From NCBI GenBank assembly GCA_950097015.1, contig CATNEN010000037.1, positions 3,038,001 to 3,102,000 of the forward strand: a DNA stretch of 64,000 bases. The letters are read 5' to 3'. The notes below the pieces were generated by a model, which made no database searches, was not told where the DNA came from, and saw nothing but the letters and a program-made list of their open reading frames with translations. The DNA comes from Macrostomum hystrix (taxonomy: Eukaryota; Animalia; Platyhelminthes). Of this stretch, positions 25,201 through 35,818 are shown one piece after another. The position numbers and the translations under genes were made by a program. Each line of letters opens with the position of its first letter. The stretch's first letter is position 1.

Positions 25201-26553
25201 GAGTGAGTCACTGAGTAACTGAGGGAGTGAGTCACTGAGTAACTGAGGGAGTGAGTCAGTGAGTGACTGAGGGAGTGAGTCAGTGAGTAACTGAGGGAGT
25301 GAGTCACTGAGTAACTGAGGGAGTGAGTCACTGAGTAACTGAGGGAGTGAGTCAGTGAGTGACTGAGGGAGTGAGTCAGTGAGTAACTGAGGGAGTGAGT
25401 CACTGAGTAACTGAGGGAGTGAGTCACTGAGTAACTGAGGGAGTGAGTCAGTGAGTGACTGAGGGAGTGAGTCAGTGAGTGACTGAGGGAGTGAGTCAGT
25501 GAGTGACTGAGGGAGTGAGTCAGTGAGTGACTGAGGGAGTGAGTCAGTGAGTGACTGAGGGAGTGAGTCAGTGAGTAACTGAGGGAGTGAGTCAGTGAGT
25601 GACTGAGGGAGTGAGTCACTGAGTAACTGAGGGAGTGAGTCACTGAGTAACTGAGGGAGTGAGTCAGTGAGTGACTGAGGGAGTGAGTCAGTGAGTAACT
25701 GAGGGAGTGAGTCACTGAGTAACTGAGGGAGTGAGTCACTGAGTAACTGAGGGAGTGAGTCAGTGAGTGACTGAGGGAGTGAGTCAGTGAGTGACTGAGG
25801 GAGTGAGTCACTGAGTAACTGAGGGAGTGAGTCAGTGAGTGACTGAGGGAGTGAGTCAGTGAGTGACTGAGGGAGTGAGTCAGTGAGTAACTGAGGGAGT
25901 GAGTCAGTGAGTGACTGAGGGAGTGAGTCAGTGAGTGACTGAGGGAGTGAGTCACTGAGTAACTGAGGGAGTGAGTCAGTGAGTGACTGAGGGAGTGAGT
26001 CACTGAGTAACTGAGGGAGTGAGTCAGTGAGTAACTGAGGGAGTGAGTCAGTGAGTGACTGAGGGAGTGAGTCAGTGAGTGACTGAGGGAGTGAGTCACT
26101 GAGTAACTGAGGGAGTGAGTCAGTGAGTGACTGAGGGAGTGAGTCAGTGAGTAACTGAGGGAGTGAGTCAGTGAGTAACTGAGGGAGTGAGTCAGTGAGT
26201 AACTGAGGGAGTGAGTCAGTGAGTAACTGAGGGAGTGAGTCAGTGAGTGACTGAGGGAGTGAGTCAGTGAGTGACTGAGGGAGTGAGTCAGTGAGTGACT
26301 GAGGGAGTGAGTCAGTGAGTGACTGAGGGAGTGAGTCAGTGAGTCAGTGAGTGACCGAGGGAGTGAGCCAGGGAATGCGGTATCTCACCGACTGTCCTAA
26401 CATTCCGCAGACCAACCCGTCCGCCTACACCGGGACATTGTGCTGCTGACCAGTGATCGAAATCTCCGGCTTAAAGCGATCAGCAGCAACATTCCGGCAA
26501 AAACTGTGCCCACTTTCTTCAAATGGTCCGGCCTGACAATGTGCAGAAATTAA
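18033..26553 (+). CDS. SMG6: SMG6/EST1A, NMD endonuclease (EJC-binding motifs, EST1/TPR domain, PIN domain), about 1299 aa
   Basis: Exons 18033-19094, 19177-19874, 20294-20372, 20897-21571, 22261-23061, 24725-25166, 26411-26553. Motifs ARSWYLKA..PKNGRSYHQLA, RRLDAVYFYMRSLAAS, WNPPP and PIN acidic sites PDTN, NDDLILSCC, LLTSDRNLRLKA. N-terminal HPDQQLYRP and RPDARLYDP resemble EJC-binding motifs. Confidence 0.95.
19888..20115 (-). repeat. Intronic minisatellite, reverse complement of the 17101-17880 unit
   Basis: gtgtgggatagagaaggaag units directly after the GC donor at 19875. Confidence 0.9.
20480..20840. repeat. Degenerate C-rich tandem repeat (cacccaccccagaatca-like) in SMG6 intron 3
   Basis: Imperfect periodicity. 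Confidence 0.75.
21586..22143. repeat. Intronic minisatellite, 28-bp unit (ctcagtctactttgtctactctgcccac)
   Basis: Begins about 15 nt after the donor at 21572. Confidence 0.95.
23140..24632. repeat. Intronic minisatellite, 23-bp unit (gagtgaatttagagtgcttgtcc)
   Basis: Direct periodicity in SMG6 intron 5. Confidence 0.97.
25190..26372. repeat. Intronic minisatellite, 24-bp unit (gagtgagtcagtgagtgactgagg)
   Basis: Fills SMG6 intron 6 (25167-26410). Confidence 0.97.
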
Positions 26554-26914
26554 CATGTCTCAGTCTATTTGTTGCCATATTTATTTCATTTTATTATCAT
26601 TGTAGCATTAGATATTTAAAAGTGGATTGCTAATCTAACTCGCAGTCTAGTCGTGTTTGTTTCGCTTTAGTTCAAGTTCAGTTCAGCATAGCGATATTTA
26701 GCCAAAATTAACGAGATTTAGGTTGAAAAAGAATCTTCATAACGCAAAGCAGCTAATATCTAGTATAAAATAGTTTTCTTTTTATTCAGTGCTTCGACAC
26801 TACTTACATTATAGTACTAAGTAGTAATACATTAATTTAGATTATATTAAAGTTAATGTCATTAATAGATGTGTGAGTAAGGTAATCATTAGATTAATAA
26901 TAATGTGAATCATT

Positions 26915-27968
26915 GAGGAAATTGAGTGAGTCATAGAGTTAGAAATTGAGTGAGTCATGGAGTTAGAAATTGGATGAGTCATGAAGTTAGAAATTGAGTG
27001 AGTCATGGAGTTAGAAATTGAGTGAGTCATAGAGTTAGAAATTGAGTGAGTCATGGAGTTAGAAATTGAATGAGTCATGGAGTTAGAAATTGGATGAGTC
27101 ATGGAGTTAGAAATTGGATGAGTCATGGAGTTAGAAATTGGATGAGTCATGGAGTTAGAAATTGGATGAGTCATGGAGTTAGAAATTGGATGAGTCATGG
27201 AGTTAGAAATTGGATGAGTCATGGAGTTAGAAATTGAGTGAGTCATGGAGTTAGAAATTGAGTGATTCATGGAGTTAGAAATTGAGTGAGTCATGGAGTT
27301 AGAAATTGAGTGATTCATGGAGTTAGAAATTGAGTGATTCATCGAGTTAGAAATTGGATGAGTCATGGAGTTAGAAATTGAATGAGTCATGGAGTTAGAA
27401 ATTGGATGAGTCATGGAGTTAGAAATTGGATGAGTCATGGAGTTAGAAATTGGATGAGTCATGGAGTTAGAAATTGGATGAGTCATGGAGTTAGAAATTG
27501 GATGAGTCATGGAGTTAGAAATTGGATAGTCATGGAGTTAGAAATTGGATAGTCATGGAGTTAGAAATTGAGTGAGTCATGGAGTTAGAAATTGGATGAG
27601 TCATGGAGTTAGAAATTGGATGAGTCATGGAGTTAGAAATTGGATGAGTCATGGAGTTAGAAATTGGATGAGTCATGGAGTTAGAAATTGGATGAGTCAT
27701 GGAGTTAGAAATTGGATGAGTCATGGAGGTAGAAATTGGATAGTCATGGAGGTAGAAATTGGATGAGTCATGGAGTTAGAAATTGGATGAGTCATGGAGT
27801 TAGAAATTGGATGAGTCATGGAGTTAGAAATTGGATGAGTCATGGAGTTAGAAATTGGATGAGTCATGGAGTTAGAAATTGGATAGTCATGGAGTTAGAA
27901 ATTGGATGAGTCATGGAGTTAGAAATTGGATGAGTCATGGAGTTAGAAATTGGATGAGTCATGGAGTC
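26915..27968. repeat. Minisatellite, 24-bp unit (gagtcatggagttagaaattggat)
   Basis: Direct periodicity. Confidence 0.96.
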
Positions 27969-28509
27969 GTGGAGTTAACTTAACATGGCGTTTTATTGTT
28001 AGTCATAGATTTGTGAGTACATCATTGAGACCTTGAGAAAGTGAGTCGTCAGAGGTGTGTGCAGTGGTTCGTTGTAAAAGAACCAAATGCTGAATTCCTG
28101 TTTGTCTTCTTCATTCCCACGAGCTGCCACTCACTAGCTCAATGGTCGTCACATATTTTCCTTCCTAATGCGAAACATTGCTTACCTATTCCACTCATTC
28201 GTCCTAATTTACTAATTAACTTATTTATATCCTCAAAATTGAAGGCTTTTTTCGCATAATTAGTTCAACCCGTCACTGCTGTCAAATTATAATTTATTGT
28301 ACCTGTGTGTAAAAATATTTCTTTCGTTTTACTTTGCTTGTATCTTACGTGTCTTTAAGGCTTATCTGAATTACAAAATAAATTAATAAAAGAACTATGT
28401 TGCATTTTTTATATCTGAAATGTAAAAATGATATTAAATTTTTTAAAGCGCCGTGTTAATTTTCACTTTTTCGTTGCAACGTCTTGCATCACTTCCACAG
28501 CTTCTTGTC

Positions 28510-28795
28510 TATCAGTGCCACTGTTCTATGTCCATCAGTGCCACTGTTCTATGTCCATCAGTGCCAGTGTTCTATCTCCATCAGTGCCAGTGTTCTATGT
28601 CCATCAGTGCCAGTGTTCTATGTCCATCAGTGCCACTGTTCTATCTCCATCAGTGCCAGTGTTCTATCTCCATCAGTGCCAGTGTTCTATGTCCATCAGT
28701 GCCAGTGTTCTATGTCCATCAGTGCCAGTGTTCTATGTCCATCAGTGCCAGTGTTCTATGTCCATCAGTGCCAGTGTTCTATCTCCATCAGTGCC
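28510..28795. repeat. Minisatellite, 23-bp unit (ccatcagtgccagtgttctatgt)
   Basis: Direct periodicity. Confidence 0.94.
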
Positions 28796-28800
28796 CCGGT

Positions 28801-28845
28801 CTCCCCAGTCCATGGACTTAAAAGCTGTACAGCTAGCTGTACGTA
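28801..28845 (+). mobile_element. Fragment of SINE family B
   Basis: ccccagtccatggact..aagctgtac matches the reverse complement of about 34060-34090. Confidence 0.55.
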
Positions 28846-29157
28846 CATTCCGCTAATTCTTTACATAAATGACACCTTCCGTTAATCCTCTAATCTACCC
28901 GGTAATTCTCTAGGATTACCGCTTTATACCGCGTCGAACCAATCATTTATATTGGTTTCGCAGAAAATTAAATTCAAAATCGTAAAAAGTTGTTTAAACA
29001 AATTTGTCTCAGCCGCGCTAGTAAAATACTCTCGCATATATCGATAATTTGTTCCAGGTGTGTAAGGTTCACTCACAATTGCTAGTCTAAGAAGGATGTC
29101 TGGTTGGGAATGACAACAACACAGGTTGACTAGTTTATTGCACATTTGCTGAACTCT

Positions 29158-32131
29158 TCAATTGGAATTCTCGCCTGCTTTGCTGTCGTCTCCGCCCGAG
29201 TCTAGCTCTGTGGAGCGCCAGAGTTCCAAGTTCTTCAACTGGAAGGCGGCGGCTGCTGCGGCGGCTGCTGGGGAGCCACCCTGCAGTCCGCGCCTGTAGC
29301 TGCTGTAATGAGCCGCCGCCGAGGATGCGGCCAACCGAATGCGGGACAGTCGCCTGCCCGCGCTGGAGCCAATCGGCGAGCCGCAGCCAGACCCGCCAAG
29401 GCTCATTGTGCGGCCTCGGTTGATTGGCAGCTGCTGTAGCTGCTGTAGCTGCTGATGATGCTCAGGCTGCTGTTGCTGCGACTCCTTCATGCTACGCTGC
29501 ACTGTTGCTGAATGCATTTTGATGGACAGAAGAACCGCTACGAAAATAGCTTTAAACACGGCTTCACATTCTATGTCTCATTGTACCTGTCTCATTCTAC
29601 CTGTCTCATTCTACCTGTCTCATTCTACCTGTCTCATTCTACCTGTCTCATTCTACCTGTCTCATTCTACCTGTCTCATTCTACCTGTCTCATTCTACCT
29701 GTCTCATTCTACCTGTCTCATTCTACCTGTCTCATTCTACCTGTCTCATTCTACCTGTCTCATTCTACCTGTCTCATTCTACCTGTCTCATTCTACCTGT
29801 CTCATTCTACCTGTCTCATTCTACCTGTCTCATTCTACCTGTCTCATTCTACCTGTCTCATTCTACCTGTCTCATTCTACCTGTCTCATTCTACCTGTCT
29901 CATTCTACCTGTCTCATTCTACCTGTCTCATTCTACCTGTCTCATTCTACCTGTCTCATTCTACCTGTCTCATTCTACCTGTCTCATTCTACCTGTCTCA
30001 TTCTACCTGTCTCATTCTACCTGTCTCATTCTACCTGTCTCATTCTACCTGTCTCATTCTACCTGTCTCATTCTACCTGTCTCATTCTACCTGTCTCATT
30101 CTACCTGTCTCATTCTACCTGTCTCATTCTACCTGTCTCATTCTACCTGTCTCATTCTACCTGTCTCATTCTACCTGTCTCATTCTACCTGTCTCATTCT
30201 ACCTGTCTCATTCTACCTGTCTCATTCTACCTGTCTCATTCTACCTGTCTCATTCTACCTGTCTCATTCTACCTGTCTCATTCTACCTGTCTCATTCTAC
30301 CTGTCTCATTCTACCTGTCTCATTCTACCTGTCTCATTCTACCTGTCTCATTCTACCTGTCTCATTCTACCTGTCTCATTCTACCTGTCTCATTCTAACT
30401 GTCTCATTCTACCTGTCTCATTCTAAATTTCTATTCTATCTCGCCACCTGATCTTTAAACGGAGCTGTTTTATTCCTCACCCAATGCGCTGCCCAGGCTG
30501 GCCCTGTAACTCAGGACACCGCCGCCTCCGCTCGCACTCTCGAAGGCCGACTGATGACGCATCAATCGCCTTTTGGTGTTTCCGAATTTGTCCGCCTCTG
30601 TATCTTCTTTGGTAGGTCCGCTCTCTCCTTTGGCACCGATCATTTCCCTTGAAATTTTCAACGATTCGCTGCTGGCCTGCGACATCCGGCTGCTGACTGC
30701 CTTCATCAGAGTCTCCTGCAGGGCTGCGGCCTCGTGACGGCTGAGCGTCTGGAATGAGTGGCACACTGACACTGAGTGACACACTGAGTGACACACCGAG
30801 TGACACACCGAGTGACACAACGAGAGACACACCGAGTGACACACCGAGTGACTCACCGAGTGACACACAGAGTGACACACCGAGTGACACACCGAGTGAC
30901 ACACCGAGAGACACACCGAGTGACATACCGAGAGATACACCGAGATACATACGGAGTGACACACCGAAAGACACACCGAGTGACACACCGAGTGACACAC
31001 CGAGTGACACACTGAGTGACACACCGAGTGACACACTGATTGACACACCGAGTGACGCAGTAAATGACAGTGTCTCAGCGGTGCCCACCTCAACGAGCAG
31101 CTCCGACGGCTCAGTCGGGCTAGACGCCACCGCAGCGCCTTCGCCCGGCGCATCGCCCGGCAGATGCCGCAGACGCAGTCGTCGGCGATCCCGCTGGCAG
31201 CCGATTAGTCGGCTCAGCTCAAACAGGTGCAGCACCGTGGCGCAGCTGTGATCGCGGCCTCCCCCAATCAGGGCCACCGCTCGGTCAGTGACGCAGATCG
31301 CCTGCCAGACGGCGCCAGCTTCGTCCGCCGTACCCCGCTGCTGACCGCATCGGCGAGCTGGCGTGCATCGCATGATGCCACCGGCAAGTCCGGCGATTTC
31401 GGCAGTCGGCAAGCCGGCGAGTCGGTCCGACCAGGCGTCGAAGCCGGCCCGATCGGGAAAGCGCAGAGCCAGCGGCTCTGTGGCGTCCGCGAACACCAGG
31501 GACAGAATCTGTCCAGGGAGGGTGTTAGACTCGAGATATTAAGATATTTGGCATAACCTGTTAGACATTTGGCATAATCTGTTAGACATTTGACATAAAC
31601 TGTTAAATATTTGGCATAACCCGTTAGGCATTTGACATCAGCTGTTAGGCACTTGATGTCACCTGATGGACACTGTTTATTACCTGTTATATACTTTATA
31701 TCACCGTTAGACATTTACAGTTTCCTGCTTGCCAAAACACCTGTCCGACTGGCTTATTTTTTTTAAAGTCGAAATCGCTGCCACAAAATGTACCAGGTGG
31801 ATTGCAGACCCTGAATCGGCTGACCCACCTGCTTTTTCGGCTCAGGCTGCGCCCAGGCGAGACGGGACAGATTGCGCCATCCGAGCGCCACCCCGGCCTG
31901 CAGCTGGCGGCGACCTTCGTACACCACCAGGAGAAGAGGCTGCTGCTGCTGCTGCTGCTGCTGCTGATGCAATTGAGGTTCTGATGCTTCATCCGACGCC
32001 AATGACAATCGAATCAGATGTGGCCGTCTGGAACTTCTAGCCCGCCGACTCAGTCGCCGACCCACCGGCTCGACGCCGACAATGTGGGCGAGGCCGTGCA
32101 GCTGCTCCTCGCTTATTGACGTTGTTGACAT
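29158..32131 (-). CDS. PH + IRS-type PTB adaptor (IRS/DOK-like), about 446 aa
   Basis: Exons 32131-31829, 31508-31089, 30748-30481, 29507-29158, phases consistent. PH-like end [17 protein letters not shown]; PTB-like [11 protein letters not shown]...[10 protein letters not shown]...[17 protein letters not shown]. Gene structure is firmer than the family call. Confidence 0.6.
29575..30423. repeat. Near-perfect intronic 14-bp tandem (ctacctgtctcatt), about 60 copies
   Basis: Direct periodicity. Confidence 0.98.
30755..31060. repeat. Intronic 12-bp tandem (gagtgacacacc)
   Basis: Fills the intron 30749-31088. Confidence 0.93.
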
Positions 32132-32149
32132 AGCAACTGGATTGCAGGA

Positions 32150-32520
32150 TAATAATTATTTAATAATAATTGCAGGAGGGCTGCGGGCAATGGCACATCA
32201 TTTGGTGACACTAGACCCGCAGCCAGCGAGGAAGCAATTCTGCCCATTCCGCTGACTCCTGAACACACACGCACTCAGATACCGTACGCAGGCACACATT
32301 CCCTCAGGTGTGTACATCTGCCCTGACTTTCTCATCGTCAGGCAGTGTACGTTCTCACTGTGCCTTGGAGGTTGGCCCTCAAGGGCGTAAATTGCACGAC
32401 AAGCCCCCAAGCCTTCTCCCCGCGTCTGCGCCCCAAATGAATGTGGCCTCGCCGCGGCATCGAGCTCAGGGACCTTTGCGCGAGAGGCAAACGCGTTAGC
32501 CCTCTCTGCCACTGACCCCT
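32150..32520 (-). mobile_element. Full-length SINE family A copy with 13-bp TSD
   Basis: TSD ctggattgcagga at 32137-32149 and 32521-32533; A-box-like tggcagagagggctaa, B-box-like gagctcgatgcc, (att)n tail. Confidence 0.92.
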
Positions 32521-32716
32521 CTGGATTGCAGGAAATTCCTAAGGAATTGTGGCTTTCTCTGCCACTCACCCCTCTGGATTGCAGGAAATTCCTAAGGAAT
32601 TGTGGCTTTCTCTGCCACTCACCCCTCTGGATTGCAGGAAATTCCTAAGGAATTGTGGCTTTCTCTGCCACTCACCCCTCTGGATTGCAGGAAATTCCTA
32701 AGGAATTGTGGCTTTC
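32521..32716. repeat. 53-bp tandem (about 3.7 copies) made of the SINE TSD flank plus SINE 5' end
   Basis: Units start at 32521, 32574, 32627, 32680. Confidence 0.93.
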
Positions 32717-33804
32717 TTTGACCCTAAGTTTTCTTAGAACTAGTTTCGACTTTAAAATGTCATGCTTAAAATCGGAGAACAGTTGGGAAATCTGCAGCTG
32801 CTTATCGTTCTCCTTGGATGGAAAGTAAGGATCGCTGCAACGTGGAGCTCTTTATAGTATTCTTAAAGATGCTGTTATGATTCAGCGATAAACAAGACTT
32901 GAAAACTATAAGGGTATATAGAATGAAATCAGAAACAAGATTCCAGATCATTCCAGTTTCGCTTATCGGAAGGGGGCACACAGCTAGTCTTCATACACTA
33001 AATTTGTAACGTGAGCAGATGGACAATGAGGACAGGCTTATGCAAGATATCGATGCACAACTTTGGTCAACTTACAACTGATGCTTCGTCGGATGCTTCG
33101 TCAAACTGTCTGCGTCTGAATGCACACCTCAGTCTATCGAGCACAATGAGCCAATGAGACAGTAGCACAGGGAATGTTCTTTCAGTCCGAAGAAAAAAAC
33201 GAGGTGGATTAGGGATTAGCAGCTGGGAGCAGTGCACGTTGAATATATTTAGGACATCGAGGGGGACAGGCCAAGGAGTTGAGCTGCATGACAGCACAGC
33301 CAATCGTGTTAGACTCCGTGAGATATATTCGCCTGCTACCCCTTCTACGCAGATTTATAATCCCCCCCTGACCACTGCGCCTCCCCCTTATCCCCATTTT
33401 CCGCTGAGATAGAGATAAGAGGAGGTGAGGGCAGCTCGTATCATTCTAGTTGATGAATTTTCCCGGCAAGTCTGGCCTTCTCATATTTCCTTTTCTCTAA
33501 TCTCTTCTGCTATCCCTACCCCCCTTTGGTCGGATTTTTTTAAACAGAGATCTTCGCCGTCAAAATCAGGCCGATTCTCTCGTGGGCGTGGGGTGGGAAC
33601 ATTTGGTCAATTTCCTGGGCGCGGTACTCAAATTAACGAGGTGGCCCAGGTGACGTGCGCTGCCTCATCTTTATGAGGCTTAGGAATTTTTTTCTTCATT
33701 TTTTCTAGCTTCGAATTTCTCAAGCAGATTCAATTCCTTTGTTAGAGCTGTTCCTGGAAGCTCACATGGCTTGTTTAAAGTAATATTTAGTCAAAAAAGT
33801 ATTT

Positions 33805-34540
33805 CACTAAGTCAGTCATTCCCTCTAAGACAGTCATTACCCTCTAAGTCTAAGACAGTCATTACCCTCTAAGACAGTCATTACCCGCTACGACAGTCAT
33901 TACCCGCTAAGTCGGTCATTACCCTCTAAGACAGTCATTACCCTCTAAGACAGTCATTACCCTCTAATAATAATAATTAATTGATTACACCTGCCCCAAT
34001 CGGGCCAGATGTGCAGCCGACAGCACAGCCGCAGCTATTGCGCGGCGCATCTGAAGGCTGCGTACAGCTGTTCAGTCCATGGACTGGGGGGACGCCACAC
34101 CCACCTTCAATTATCCCAGCTGATGCTGGAACCCATTTAACAGCTGGGTGAACTGAAGCAATGCAGAGTTAAGTGTCTTGCTAAAGGACACAAATTGTTT
34201 CAGTGGAGTCGGGAATCGAACCCCCGACCTTCAAGTCGTGAGTCCGACGCCCTAACCACTAGGCTACAACCTCTAAGACAGTCATTACTCGCTAAGTCAG
34301 TCATTACCCTCTAAGACAGTCATTACCCTCTAAGACAGTCATTACCCTCTAAGGCAGTCATTACCCGCTAAGACAGTCATTACCCTCTAAGACAGTCATT
34401 ACCCTCTAAGACAGTCATTACTCGCTAAGTCAGTCATTACTCACTAAGACAGTCATTACCCTCTAAGACAGTCATTACCCTCTAAGACAGTCATTACCCG
34501 CTAAGTCGGTCATTACCCGCTAGGACAGTCATTACCCTCT
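33805..34540. repeat. 19-bp minisatellite (ctaagacagtcattaccct) interrupted by a SINE
   Basis: Periodicity resumes on both sides of 33968-34269. Confidence 0.92.
33968..34269 (-). mobile_element. tRNA-derived SINE family B with CORE-like central domain
   Basis: Minus strand: gtagcctagtggttagggcg (A box), ggttcgattcccg (B box), then gtgtcctttagcaagacacttaactctgcattgcttcagttcacccagctgttaaatggg (CORE-like), (att)n tail; direct repeat cctctaa at 33961 and 34270. Confidence 0.88.
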
Positions 34541-34841
34541 GATCCTTCAGTGAGGCAGTCACTGCATTTAGAAGCGACCTGGCTTCTTTCAAGCTTTTTT
34601 CATATTTCGAGAAGATCCACTTGACAATTTTTCTATTCTGGAGCACGAACTTCAAAATTTCAGTCTGCCTGCTACATTTCAGATTCCTATTCGATTCAAC
34701 ATTCGATTCTTAACACATAAGTGAGCGTGCGCCAACTAGGAATCGCCTCATAAAATCCCCTGAGTGCTTTTTATCTCCTTTATAAAATCCTTTCTTTCTA
34801 AGTCGCTACGAAAAAAATACATTTTTGTTAAACCTTTAAGT

Positions 34842-35453
34842 CAGGGGTAGGCAAACTTATTTGCTGGCGGGCCAAAGAGAGAACCTAAAAGACGACAGCG
34901 GGCCGCATTGACTGTATAAATATGAGATTGGGGAGAGATGAGACACGGGAGAGATGAGACACGGGAGAAGATGAGACACGGGAGAGATGAGACACGGGAG
35001 AAGATGAGACACGGGAGAGATTAGGCACGGGAGAGATGAGACACAGAAAGATGATACACGAGAGAGATGAGACACGGGAGAGATAAGACACAGGAGAGAT
35101 TAGACACGGGAGAGATGAGACACGAGAGCGATGAGACACAGGAGAGATTAGACAGGGGAGAGATTAGACACGGGAGAGATGAGACACAGGAGAGATTAGA
35201 CACGGGAGAGATAAGACAGGGGAGAGATAAGACAAGGGAGAGATTTGACAGGGGAGAGATTAGACACAGGAGAGATTAGACACAGGAGAGATTAGACACG
35301 GGAGAGATAAGACAGGGGAGAGATTAGACAGGGAAGAGATTAGACAAGGGAGAGATGAAACAGGACACTGTAGATGTCAGAAGGGGCAACGGGCCGGATT
35401 TGGGAGCTTCGAGGGCCGCACCTGGCCCGCGGGCCGGAGTTTGCCGACCCCTG
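34842..35453. mobile_element. hAT (Charlie-type) non-autonomous MITE with internal 16-bp minisatellite
   Basis: TIRs caggggtaggcaaac / gtttgccgacccctg; perfect 8-bp TSD ctttaagt at 34834-34841 and 35454-35461; gggccgca/ggcccgcgggcc subterminal motifs. Confidence 0.93.
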
Positions 35454-35818
35454 CTTTAAGTGGACTTCGTCCCTTTCATTCTGCATCTTCGCTTTTGTGC
35501 GGACTCTAATACTGTGAGCTAAAAATAGCCTAGGGAGGGTACACTAGCACGAGTGGAAGAGGCGATGTACTTCTCGCTTGCGGTTTTGGGTGGGGGTTCT
35601 ATGGGTTGCGTACACTCTTCTGAGTACATTTGACTCGTAGGGTTAGAAATTAAATGAATGATAAGCAAAAGCCTCTCTACCCCCTTCGAACGCGCCACTA
35701 GAAGAAACAGAACTCTTGGCGCTTAATATGTTACACAGTTGGCGTGAACTTGAGGACCAAGCGAAAATCAACCGCCATCACACAAATTCTTAGTAAGCAC
35801 AAGAATATCCGGCACAGC

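Noticed and set aside
1741-27968. CRISPR-like appearance of regular 21-32 bp repeats
   Set aside because: Units are contiguous with no unique spacers, there are no cas genes, and the context is eukaryotic
32930-33450. Possible decayed transposon or coding remnant
   Set aside because: Several stops in each frame examined and no recognisable motif
34200-34269. tRNA gene
   Set aside because: A and B boxes continue into a SINE body with tail and TSD; no proper acceptor stem was evident
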